Part shown: piece by piece, positions 50,501-62,558 of the stretch
Layout of the letters: each line of letters starts with the position of its first letter
Position numbering within the stretch: the stretch's first letter is position 1
Source: Macrostomum lignano
Lineage: Eukaryota
DNA length: 64,000 bases
Reading direction: 5' to 3'
Assembly: GCA_002269645.1 (NCBI GenBank)
Contig: NIVC01001556.1
Coordinates: forward strand, 186,001-250,000
The notes under the pieces: generated by a model
What the model was told of the DNA's origin: nothing
Database searches by the model: none
Seen by the model: the letters and a program-made list of their open reading frames with translations, nothing else
Translations under genes and position numbers: made by a program

Positions 50501-53500
50501 GTCTTGTCTGAGATCATGTGGTCTTAAGTGAGATCATGTGTTCTTGTGTGAGATCATATGTTCTTGAGTGAGATCATGTGTTCTTGAGTGAGATCATGTG
50601 TTCTTGAGTGAGATCATGTGTTCTTGTGTGAGATCATGTGTTGTTGAGTGAGATCATGTGTCTTTGAATGAGATCATGTGTTGTTGAGTGAGATCATATG
50701 TTCTTGTGTGAGATCATGTGTTGTTGAGTGAGATCATGTGTCTTTGAATGAGATCATGTGTTGTTGAGTGAGATCATGTGTTCTTGTGTGAGATCATGCG
50801 TTTTTGAGTGGGATAATATGTTCTTGAGTAAGATCATGTCTTCTTGAGTGAGATCATGTGTTTTTGAGTGAGATCATGTGTTCTTGAGTGAGATCATGTG
50901 TTCTTGTGTGAGATCATGTGTTCTTGTGTGAGATCATGTGTTCTTGAGTGAGATCATGTGTTCTTGAATGAGATCATGTGTTGTTGAGTGAGATCATGTG
51001 TTCTTGAGTGAGATCATGTGTTCTTGAGTGAGATCATGTGTTCTTGTGTGAGATCATGTGTTGTTGAGTGAGATCATGTGTCTTTGAATGAGATCATGTG
51101 TTGTTGAGTGAGATCATATGTTCTTGTGTGAGATCATGTGTTGTTGAGTGAGATCATGTGTCTTTGAATGAGATCATGTGTTGTTGAGTGAGATCATGTG
51201 TTCTTGTGTGAGATCATGTGTTTTTGAGTGGGATAATATGTTCTTGAGTAAGATCATGTCTTCTTGAGTGAGATCATGTGTTTTTGAGTGAGATCATGTG
51301 TTCTTGAGTGAGATCATGTGTTCTTGTGTGAGATCATGTGTTCTTGAGTGAGATCATGTGTTCTTGAGTGAGATCATGTGTTCTTGAATGAGATCATGTG
51401 TTGTTGAGTGAGATCATGTGTTCTTGTGTGAGATCATGTGTTTTTGAGTGGGATAATATGTTCTTGAGTAAGATCATGTCTTCTTGAGTGAGATCATGTG
51501 TTTTTGAGTGAGATCATGTGTTCTTGAGTGAGATCATGTGTTCTTGAGTGAGATCATGTGTTCTTGTGTGAGATCATGTGTTCTTGAGTGAGATCATGTG
51601 TTCTTGAGTGAGATCATGTGTTCTTGAGTGAGATCATGTGTTCTTGAGTGAGATCATGTGTTCTTGAATGAGATCATGTGTTTTTGAGTGGGATAATATG
51701 TTCTTGAGTAAGATCATGTCTTCTTGAGTGAGATCATGTGTTCTCGAGTGAAATCATGTGTTCTTGAGTGAGATCATGTGTTTTTGAATGAGATCATGTG
51801 TTTTTGAGTGGGATAATATGTTCTTGAGTAAGATCATGTCTTCTTGAGTGAGATCATGTGTTCTTGAGTGAGATCATGTGTTCTTGAGTGAGATCATGTG
51901 TTCTTGAGTGAGATCATGTGTTCTTGAGTGAGATCATGTGTTCTGAAGTTAGTTCAATCAGCAAGTTGGTGACTGTTCGTCATTGACTAACACACAAACC
52001 CCACCCAATCGCCCCCGTGCAGCCCTGGCCCTGGCCGTGAACAGTTTCTCCCTGGCCAGCGTGGCCATCATCCGGGCCCGCCAGAGCGCCCTGATGATCC
52101 CGCCCAGCCAGGCTTCGAACCGCGGCCTGCGCCTTGCCGTGCCGGCCATCTGGCTGGTGGCCGCCCTGGTCAGTGTGCCCGCCCTGTTCGCCGTGTCCCT
52201 GCAGCAGATCGGCATGTCCGACCTGCTCAACCTGACCTCGCTGACCTCGCCGCAGACTTGGCCGCCAAGCAATTGGACGGACGCAGTTGCTTCACCTTCG
52301 CCGGGTAGGCCAGTGCTCCAGCTGTGCTCCGAGCATCGAAGCAGCGATGTTCAAGGCCGGACTAGCCAGAAGATCTACTCGGCATATTTCCTGCTCATTC
52401 TGTTCCTGTCGCCCTGCATAGTTCTGATGTTCTCCTACGGTTTCACAGCTCGCTTCATCACCAGGCAGTTCGCCCGCCTGCAGGCCAGAGCGCCGCAGCA
52501 GCCGGACACGCAGTTCGCCGCCGGCCTCACCCGACGGCCCGGCCGGTCGCAGAGCAGCAGCGCCGGCCGACACACGCCGCAGGCTGCGGCCGCCTGCCAC
52601 GCCAGGGAGCTGCAGAAGCGGACAGTGAAAACTGTCGTAGTACTTGTAGCATTCTTCTTCTGCGCCTGGTTTCCCAAGGATCTGATCATTGCGCTGCAGG
52701 ATTTTGTGTTCTACGATCAGCAGAGTCAGGCCGTGGCGGCGCTGCTGACCAAGTTCTATCCCTACACACAGGCGCTGATCTACTTGCACAGCGCGCTCTG
52801 CCCCCTGCTCTACTGGTGCCTCAGTCGGGTCTTTCGACGGTACGTCTGTCGGGCGTTTCCCTGCCGGCGAGTCTGACTTCACTGGCTAGCCTAGGAGTTG
52901 GCAGCGATTCTGATTGGCCCAGAGGCGACAACAACACTACAGAAACTATTCTGATTGGTCGAGGCGCAATACAGTGTTATAGAAGCGATTCTGATTGGTT
53001 GATTCAAAGTACAGTGCTATATAGACGATTCTGATTGGTCGAGGCGCAGTACAGTGTTATACTTGAAGTAGAAATGATTCTGATTGGCCAGTGACCAGTA
53101 AAAAAGAACGGAACGTCTAAAATACGCCATTTATGGCTCTTGAATAAGCATAAACATTTAACGCGTCGAGCATCCGCTTGTTCAATGATGATTGACCAAC
53201 AAGTGTGATTTTTGTCTACTATTCATAATCAAAAAAGCGCCCTTTTGCCTGTTGTAATGCAAATTTGTGAGAATCTTTTCAGCAGCTAGTAAATGACTTG
53301 TTTAAAATTACAATTTGTTAATGATTTGTTTCCCTAATAACTTGTAGTTTGCGTGTAGAATTCGAGGTATAGATTGTAATATTATGTTATGCAATAATAT
53401 ACAGCCAGTATTGCTCACTGCTGTTTAATTATTCATAAAGATAATAGAGTTTACTTTTTGAGCTCGGAGCAAACAACTACTTCTAATATTATCATTACTA

Positions 53501-55942
53501 TTATTATTGATTTTCTTATTATTGTTATTATTATTAGTTATTATTATTATTAATATTACACCGTAGGAATACCAAGCCATTTTTCCGCCCGTGGAACTAC
53601 CAAGAGGGAATCCCCCCTGACGATGTTTTTACTGCGCCGGAACGGAGCAACGCAGGCACACGAAATTCAAGAACACGGGCTAACTTTTTGTTGCGCACCT
53701 TCTCAAACAAGAATCAAGTCGCCAGCTCTCCGGACCGTCGAGATATTCGACGATTCTGCCAGAAGGTCGGAATTTTCCCATAAGCGCCAGTGTATTCAGT
53801 ACACCCCTGTGCGCGACTCAGTGCAGCCTTGCCAAGCCAGCGTGTCCATAGTCGCATGGTGTCATCTGTTGAAGGTGCCGACGGCGTCGGGGTGATGTCG
53901 AAATGCTTGAGAGACCAGCTGAGAATGTCCGGCAGTCGAGGCTTGATTAGCGAAACTTCAGAAATTTGCATCAAGGTGTTCATAGTCATCTGGTGCCACC
54001 TGTTGAAGGTCCAGAAGCTCCGCCTGGGTGAAGGCCAGTGACCAACAAAGTCAGAGCTGATGCAGACACATGTGGCCGACGTGCTGATGAAATTTGGGGG
54101 TTTGGCAAGGCGGAACTGAGTTGCAGTGCTGATTGGCGCACAGGGGTGTACTGAAATTACTGAATACACTGGCGCTAATGGAAAAAATCGGACTTTCTGG
54201 CAGAATCGTCGAATATCTCGACGGTCCGGAGGGCTGGCGACTTGATTCTTATTTGAGAAGTTGCGCAACAAAAAGCTGACCGCAAATACGGACGCCAATG
54301 ACTGGGATTTTTATCTTTTATAATAAGTTATTAGGTGTAAAATATTTTATATCGTCTGCAGTAAGGTTTTTTAAAATTTTAAACTTCACCCGAGATTTGA
54401 TGTTCAAACTTAATTGTTATATCATGGGGAGCACTTTGTTCAGGTCCTGCTCTCGTAAGGGAGCCTTTGGTTTCGCAGTGGCTCTGCAGCGTGTCTCAGT
54501 GTTAAGTAAATACGTTACTATTGCTGACATCTAATATTACCTTAGCCTTCATTTCTCACTCTGTATACAGCAGTTGTAATTTAGCTTTAACCACCAGGGG
54601 ATTAAAAGAAGAAATTTTTCACCTGATGTTTCATCACGAACACTAAACAAACCAACCTTATAATCCAGAGTCCACAATCTAGTTTTTCCATATTTCACGA
54701 TTATTCGATACGCGTGTTGCAACTCTAAATTATACTGGCTTCCTGTTTCCTTCATCACGACTCCTTCATCAGGTAGCTGCTTTAGTAGATTAGAGCCGAA
54801 AAAGGGGAACAGATCCTCGGTAACTTCGACTAGATTGCTTCAGGCTAATTCTTGACTGAATCTGAGCTAATTATTGACTGAATCTGGGCTAATTCTTTAC
54901 TGAATTCAAGCTAGTTCTTGACTGAATTCTAAGCTAATTCTTGACTGTATCTGAGCTAATTCTTGACTGAATCTGGGCTAATTCTTTACTGAATTCAAGC
55001 TAGTTCTTGACTGAATTCTAAGCTAATTCTTGACTGAATTCTAAGCTAATTCTTGACTGTATCTGAGCTAATTCTTGACTGAATCTGGGCTAATTCTTGA
55101 CTGTATCTGAGCTAATTCTTGACTGAATTCTAAGCTAATTCTTGACTGAAACTGAGCTAATTCTTGACTGAATCTGGGCTAATTCTTGACTGAATCTGGG
55201 CTAATTCTTGACTGAATCTGAGCTAATTCTTGACTCAATCTGAGCTAATTCTTGACTCAATTCTAAGCTAATTCTTAACTGTATCTGAGCTAATTATTGA
55301 CTGAAACTGAGCTAATTCTTGACTGAATCTGAGCTAATTATTGACTGAATCTGAGCTAATTATTGACTGTATCTGAGCTAATTCTTGACTCAATTCTAAG
55401 CTAATTCTTAACTGTATCTGAGCTAATTATTGACTGAAACTGAGCTAATTCTTGACTGAATCTGAGCTAATTATTGACTGTATCTGAGCTAATTATTGAC
55501 TGAATCTGAGCTAATTATTGACTGTATCTGAGCTAATTATTGACTTAATCTGAGCTAATTATTGACTGAATGTGGGTTAATTCTTGACTGAATGTGGGCT
55601 AATTCTTGACTGAATCTGAGCTAATTCTTGACTGAATCTGGGCTAATTCCTGACTGAATCTGGGGTAACTCCCTGACGGAAATCTGAGCTACTGCATGAC
55701 GTAATAAATACAGATCAACGGCAGCTGCGTTTCCAGCCCAGTTTCCTAAAGGTCCCTGACTCTGTGTAAGTCTCAGGAACTCTGATCCAGCTTTATACTT
55801 ACTAGTTCTGAACTCAATTTTCGAAACTATTTGTCGAAGGTAAGGCAGAACTTTACTTACCGTTCAGGATTTCCCGAATGCAAATAATTATGGGAATTTT
55901 CTGGAATTTTCCCAGCCGGAGATGCCCGTATAAATCCCTCCG
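44560..55942 (-). CDS. Tentative antisense gene: exons 55942-55861, 54837-54657 and terminal 44904-44560
   Basis: AG/GT boundaries (donors GTAAGT, GTTGGT), phases 1-2, 2-0, 0-stop, open frames, and minus-strand AATAAA at 44536-44531. No homology recognised. Confidence 0.3.
44932..45005. repeat. Short tandem repeat, 18-bp TGCTGACAATTTTGACCC x4
   Basis: Direct inspection. Confidence 0.9.
45863..45917. repeat. Dispersed ~55-bp repeat, copy A
   Basis: TGACGATATCGCCGTAGGCGTTGCGCCAGGGTGTCTGCAGCCCTCCTGCAA, a near-match inverted copy of 46652-46706. Confidence 0.75.
46153..46471 (+). CDS. Class A (rhodopsin-family) peptide-type GPCR, exon covering TM1 to the start of TM3; start-codon exon not identified
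   Basis: TM1 ...SAASLAGN, TM2 SYIMMSLAGSNLLV, ECL1 W and C3.25 (WGIGELGCK). Acceptor ccaccccag and donor G/GTGAGA, phase 1. Confidence 0.85.
46652..46706. repeat. Dispersed ~55-bp repeat, copy B (inverted)
   Basis: Reverse complement of copy A with a few mismatches; contains a CGCCGAAGGCG hairpin. Confidence 0.75.
47106..50086. repeat. Minisatellite, 15-16-bp unit GGGATTGTGAAGCTT(G) (GPCR intron)
   Basis: About 190 copies, nearly all carrying AAGCTT. Confidence 0.97.
50451..51944. repeat. Minisatellite, 20-bp unit AGATCATGTGTTCTTGAGTG with a 420-bp higher-order duplication
   Basis: About 75 copies; 50641-50760 is identical to 51061-51180. Confidence 0.96.
52023..52876 (+). CDS. GPCR terminal exon, TM3-TM7 and helix 8
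   Basis: Acceptor cccccgtgcag, phase 1. TM4 IWLVAALVSVP, ECL2 Cys (LCSEH), TM5 FLSPCIVLMFSY, TM6 KRTVKTVVVLVAFFFCAWFP, TM7 HSALCPLLY, helix 8 SRVFRRY. The two exons give 391 codons. Confidence 0.88.
52905..53095. repeat. ~40-bp tandem repeat ATTCTGATTGGTCGAGGCGCARTACAGTGTTATA in the GPCR 3' flank
   Basis: 4-5 diverged copies. Confidence 0.8.
53676..54282. mobile_element. Long-TIR MITE, about 600 bp
   Basis: Roughly 140-170 bp of imperfect terminal inverted repeat (CTTTTTGTTGCGCA...TCTCAAA...GAATCAAGTCGCCAGC...CCGGACCGTCGAGATATTCGACGATTCTGCCAGAA...). No TSD resolved. Confidence 0.75.
54843..55680. repeat. Minisatellite, 22-23-bp unit CTAATTCTTGACTGAATCTGAG
   Basis: About 38 copies. Confidence 0.95.
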
Positions 55943-56103
55943 CTGCACCAGATGGTCGCAGAAATGAGTTGGAGATTAGCTCAGTGAGGTCTTTTTAGAT
56001 TAATGCACATTTGGCCTGACCAAACTGCCTTGATCAATGTTAAGGGATTTCACTATCGAGAAAAGGTGGGCATTACTTTGCCCATATAAGCCCTGCATGC
56101 ATG

Positions 56104-59100
56104 AGAAAATGGATTGCTAATTTACAGCCATCATGGATGAAGGTATAGAATGGATTGCTAATCTATAGCCATCATGGATGAAGGTATAGAATGGATTGCT
56201 AATCTATAGCCATCGGGGATGAAGGAATAGAATGGATTGCTAATCTATAGCCATCGGGGATGAAGGTATAGAATGGATTGCTAATCTATAGCCATCGGGA
56301 ATGAAGGTATAGAATGGATTGCTAATCTATAGCCATCATGGATGAAGGTAAAAAATGGATTGCTAATCTATAGCCATCACGGATGAAGGTGTAGAATGGA
56401 TTGCTAATCTATAGTCATTACGTATGAAGGTATAGAATGGATTGCTAATCTATAGCCATCACGGATGAAGGTGTAGAATGGATTGCTAATCTACAGCTTG
56501 AATGTATAAAATGGATTGCTAATCTATAGCCATCACGGATGAAGGTGTAGAATGGATTGCTAATCTATAGCCATCATGGATGAAGGTATAGAATGGATTG
56601 CTAATTTACAGCCATCATGGATGCAGGTATAGAATGGATTGCTAATCTATAGCCATCATGGATGAAGGTATAGAATGGATTGCTAATCTATAGCCATCAT
56701 GGATGAACGTATAGAATGGATTGCTAATCTATAGCCATCATGGATGAACGTATAGAATGGATTGCTAATCTATAGCCATCATGGATGAACGTATAGAATG
56801 GATTGCTAATCTATAGCCATCATGGATGAAGGTAAAAAATGGATTGCTAATCTATAGCCATCACGGATGAAGGTGTAGAATGGATTGCTAATTTACAGCC
56901 ATCATGGATGAAGGTATAGAATGGATTGCTAATTTACAGCCATCATGGATGCAGGTATAGAATGGATTGCTAATCTATAGCCATCATGGATGAACGTATA
57001 GAATGGATTGCTAATCTATAGCCATCATGGATGAACGTATAGAATGGATTGCTAATCTATAGCCATCATGGATGAAGGTAAAAAATGGATTGCTAATCTA
57101 TAGCCATCACGGATGAAGGTGTAGAATGGATTGCTAATCTATAGTCATTACGTATGAAGGTATAGAATGGATTGCTAATCTATAGCCATCATGGATGAAG
57201 GTGTAGAATGGATTGCTAATCTACAGCTTGAATGTATAAAATGGATTGCTAATCTATAGCCATCACGGATGAAGGTGTAGAATGGATTGCTAATCTATAG
57301 CCATCATGGATGAAGGTATACAATGGATTGCTAATCTATAGCCATCACGGATGAAGGTATAGAATGGATTGCTAATCTATAGCCATCGGGGATGAACGTA
57401 TAGAATGGATTGCTAATCTATAGCCATCATGGATGAACGTATAGAATGGATTGCTAATCTATAGGCCATCATGGATGAACGTATAGAATGGATTGCTAAT
57501 CTATAGCCATCATGGATGAAGGTATAAAATGGATTGCTAATCTATAGCCATCATGGATAAACGTATAGAATGGATTGCTAATCTATAGCCATCATGGATG
57601 AACGTATAGAATGGATTGCTAATCTATAGCCATCATGGATGAACGTATAGAATGGATTGCTAATCTATAGCCATCATGGATAAACGTATAGAATGGATTG
57701 CTAATCTATAGCCATCATGGATGAAGGTAAAAAATGGATTGCTAATCTATAGCCATCACGGATGAAGGTGTAGAATGGATTGCTAATTTACAGCCATCAT
57801 GGATGAAGGTATAGAATGGATTGCTAATCTATAGCCATCATGGATGAACGTATAGAATGGATTGCTAATCTATAGCCATCATGGATGAACGTATAGAATG
57901 GATTGCTAATCTATAGGCCATCATGGATGAACGTATAGAATGGATTGCTAATCTATAGCCATCATGGATGAAGGTATAAAATGGATTGCTAATCTATAGC
58001 CATCATGGATGCAGGTATAGAATGGATTGCTAATCTATAGCCATCATGGATGAACGTATAGAATGGATTGCTAATCTATAGCCATCATGGATGAACGTAT
58101 AGAATGGATTGCTAATCTATAGCCATCATGGATGAAGGTAAAAAATGGATTGCTAATCTATAGCCATCACGGATGAAGGTGTAGAATGGATTGCTAATCT
58201 ATAGCCATCACGGATGAAGGTGTAGAATGGATTGCTAATCTACAGCTTGAATGTATAAAATGGATTGCTAATCTATAGCCATCACGGATGAAGGTGTAGA
58301 ATGGATTGCTAATCTATAGCCATCATGGATGAAGGTATACAATGGATTGCTAATCTATAGCCATCACGGATGAAGGTATAGAATGGATTGCTAATCTATA
58401 GCCATCGGGGATGAACGTATAGAATGGATTGCTAATCTATAGCCATCATGGATGAACGTATAGAATGGATTGCTAATCTATAGGCCATCATGGATGAACG
58501 TATAGAATGGATTGCTAATCTATAGCCATCATGGATGAAGGTATAAAATGGATTTCTAATCTATAGCCATCATGGATAAACGTATAGAATGGATTGCTAA
58601 TCTATAGCCATCATGGATGAACGTATAGAATGGATTTCTAATCTATAGCCATCATGGATGAACGTATAGAATGGATTGCTAATCTATAGCCATCATGGAT
58701 AAACGTATAGAATGGATTGCTAATCTATAGCCATCATGGATGAACGTATAGAATGGATTGCTAATTTACAGCCATCATGGATGAAGGTATAGAATGGATT
58801 GCTAATTTACAGCCATCATGGATGAAGGTATAGAATGGATTGCTAATCTATTGCCATCAGGATGAAGGTATATAATGGATTGCTAATCTATAGCCATCAT
58901 GAATGAAGGTGTAGAATGGATTGCTAATCTATAGCCATCATGGATGAACGTATAGAATGGATTGCTAATCTATAGCCATCATGGATGAACGTATAGAATG
59001 GATTGCTAATCTATAGCCATCACGGATGAAGGTATAGAATGGATTGCTAATTTACAGCCATCATGGATGCAGGTATAGAATGGATTGCTAATCTATAGCC

Positions 59101-60478
59101 ATCATGGATGAAGGTATAGAATGGATTGCTAATCTATAGCCATCATGGATGAACGTATAGAATGGATTGCTAATCTATAGCCATCATGGATGAAGGTAAA
59201 AAATGGATTGCTAATCTATAGCCATCACGGATGAAGGTGTAGAATGGATTGCTAATCTATAGTCATTACGTATGAAGGTATAGAATGGATTGCTAATCTA
59301 TAGCCATCACGGATGAAGGTGTAGAATGGATTGCTAATCTACAGCTTGAATGTATAAAATGGATTGCTAATCTATAGCCATCACGGATGAAGGTGTAGAA
59401 TGGATTGCTAATCTATAGCCATCATGGATGAAGGTATAGAATGGATTGCTAATTTACAGCCATCATGGATGCAGGTATAGAATGGATTGCTAATCTATAG
59501 CCATCATGGATGAAGGTATAGAATGGATTGCTAATCTATAGCCATCATGGATGAACGTATAGAATGGATTGCTAATCTATAGCCATCATGGATGAACGTA
59601 TAGAATGGATTGCTAATCTATAGCCATCATGGATGAACGTATAGAATGGATTGCTAATCTATAGCCATCATGGATGAAGGTAAAAAATGGATTGCTAATC
59701 TATAGCCATCACGGATGAAGGTGTAGAATGGATTGCTAATTTACAGCCATCATGGATGAAGGTATAGAATGGATTGCTAATTTACAGCCATCATGGATGC
59801 AGGTATAGAATGGATTGCTAATCTATAGCCATCATGGATGAACGTATAGAATGGATTGCTAATCTATAGCCATCATGGATGAAGGTATAGAATGGATTGC
59901 TAATTTATAGCCATCAGGGATAAACGCATAGAATGGATTGCTAATCTATAAGCCATCAGGGATGAACGCATAGAATGGATTGCTAATCTATAGCCATCAG
60001 GGATGAAGGTAAAAAATGGATTGCTAATCTATAGCCATCACGGATGAAGGTGTAGAATGGATTGCTAATTTACAGCCATCATGGATGAAGGTATAGAATG
60101 GATTGCTAATTTACAGCCATCATGGATGCAGGTATAGAATGGATTGCTAATCTATAGCCATCATGGATGAACGTATAGAATGGATTGCTAATCTATAGCC
60201 ATCATGGATGAAGGTATAGAATGGATTGCTAATTTATAGCCATCAGGGATAAACGCATAGAATGGATTGCTAATCTATAAGCCATCAGGGATGAACGCAT
60301 AGAATGGATTGCTAATCTATAGCCATCAGGGATGAACGCATAGAATGGATTGCTAATCTATAGGCCCTCATGGATGAACGTATAGAATGGATTGCTAATC
60401 TATAGGCCATCATGGATGAATGTATAGAATGGATTGCTAATCTATAGCCATCATGGATGAAGGTGTAGAATGGATTGC
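56104..60478. repeat. Satellite, 41-bp unit TAGAATGGATTGCTAATCTATAGCCATCATGGATGAAGGTA
   Basis: About 105 copies with recurring variant blocks. Confidence 0.97.
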
Positions 60479-60994
60479 TGACTCCCAGTTCTCCGTAAAG
60501 CAGCACCCCTCTAAGAGACTCCATTAGTGCAAAATTTGAGCTGCGTTGCTGGGAGCACGCATTGGACTTGGACTTTCACCCTAGCAACAAAATCGCTGTA
60601 GGTAAAGCTCTTCCAAGTGAAGAAATTCCGCCTTCCCTGATCTTGGGCTGCAAGGGACAGCTTTTAGAAGTTGTCGGGCGATGTGGCTTAGAAAAATCGA
60701 TAAACTTCCCCTCATGGGCCATTGTTCCCCCAGCAGCTGCCTCATCAACTCAGCTGTACACTGGTCCGTCACACTTTTTGTTAAAAAGTTTTCTTTTACT
60801 TGCTGCTGCTACCCGCGCTCTCCTAGCAGACTTTGCACAAACATATAATTGCTTTTCTGTCTCCAACTAGTGATTTGCTTCAGCTGGTGAATGAGCTAGA
60901 AATGCTACTTGTAAAAGTTCAGTAGCATATTCTGCCTACTAAGCCGAAATATCTTTGTTTGAATATTATACCGTTTATTTAAAATAGACGCAAA

Positions 60995-62015
60995 ATCAGT
61001 TCAGAATCAGTTCAGAATCAGTTCAGAATCAGTTCAGAATCAGATCAGAATCAGTTCAGAATCAGTTCAGAATCAGTTCAGAATCAGATCAGAATCAGTT
61101 CAGAATCAGTTCAGAATCAGTTCAGAATCAGTTCAGAATCAGATCAGAATCAGTTCAGAATCAGATCAGAATCAGTTCAGAATCAGATCAGAATCAGTTC
61201 AGAATCAGTTCAGAATCAGTTCAGAATCAGTCCAGAATCAGTTCATAATCAGTTCAGAATCAGTTCAGAATCAGTTCAGAATCAGTTCATAATCAGTTCA
61301 GAATCAGTTCAGAATCAGATCAGAATCAGTTCAGAATCAGTTCAGAATCAGTTCAGAATCAGTTCAGAATCAGTTCAGAATCAGATCAGAATCAGTTCAG
61401 AATCAGATCAGAATCAGTTCAGAATCAGTTCAGAATAAGTTCAGAATCAGTTCAGAATCAGTTCAGAATCAGATCAGAATCAGTTCAGAATCAGTTCAGA
61501 ATCAGATCAGAATCAGTTCAGAATCAGTTCAGAATCAGTTCAGAATCAGTCCAGAATCAGTTCAGAATCAGTTCAGAATCAGATCAGAATCAGTTCAGAA
61601 TCAGTTCAGAATCAGTTCAGAATCAGTTCAGAATCAGATCAGAATCAGTTCAGAATCAGATCAGAATCAGTTCAGAATCAGATCAGAATCAGTTCAGAAT
61701 CAGTTCAGAATCAGTTCAGAATCAGTCCAGAATCAGTTCAGAATCAGTTCAGAATCAGTTCAGAATCAGTTCAGAATCAGTTCATAATCAGTTCAGAATC
61801 AGTTCAGAATCAGATCAGAATCAGTTCAGAATCAGTTCAGAATCAGTTCAGAATCAGTTCAGAATCAGTTCATAATCAGATCAGAATCAGTTCAGAATCA
61901 GTTCAGAATCAGTTCAGAATCAGATCAGAATCAGTTCAGAATAAGATCAGAATCAGTTCAGAATCAGTTCAGAATCAGATCAGAATCAGTTCAGAATCAG
62001 ATCAGAATCAGTTTA
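60995..62015. repeat. Minisatellite, 11-bp unit AGAATCAG(T/A)TC
   Basis: About 90 copies. Confidence 0.97.
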
Positions 62016-62234
62016 GTTTAAATCCCTTCAGTTCATTACGAGTTAAAAGTGAGTTCAGAGCAAAAGTCATAATTAGCAACCAGATTGAGTTCACAATCTC
62101 AGCGAACAATGCTGTCTGCACGAGTCAAGCCCGTATATTTGAGATGCTGTTTGGATTGAGTTCACCACGACTCTAACTGCAGACTCATGGCGTCACTAGT
62201 CTAGTGTTTTTATTTATTAAAAAGATTTTAAGAG

Positions 62235-62558
62235 TCAAGCAGCCGAACGCCACCAGATCCGTCTGAAGCGCTGACCCAGTCGCCCTTGCAGGCGTCTCTG
62301 CTGCCGCATCAGCAGCTGCCCGATGCCGCGGTCGCTGGTCCATCGTCGAGTCTCCCGCTCGCCTGGTGGTTCTCCCTCATCCTGCGGAGCAGCGGGCCGC
62401 CGCTTGCCCATGGCCGGGAAGCCGGGACTGATGACGCCGTGATGGCGCCTGCCTGATCCGGCGAAGAAGTCGAAGCCTCCGGCGTCGACCTCGGAGGGAG
62501 CCAAGCTGATGGCAGCCACCAGCAGCAGCAGCAGCACCTGCAGCCAGGTGAATCGCAT
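62235..62558 (-). CDS. Secreted neuropeptide/prohormone-like precursor, 107 aa (alternative ATG at 62567)
   Basis: Signal peptide MRFTWLQVLLLLLVAAISLAPSEVDA, then GGFDFFAGS-G-RR, HHGVISPGFPAM-G-KR and further RR sites. Minus-strand AATAAA at 62218-62213, 17 nt after the stop. Confidence 0.78.
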   Translation of the reverse strand: MRFTWLQVLLLLLVAAISLAPSEVDAGGFDFFAGSGRRHHGVISPGFPAMGKRRPAAPQDEGEPPGERETRRWTSDRGIGQLLMRQQRRLQGRLGQRFRRIWWRSAA

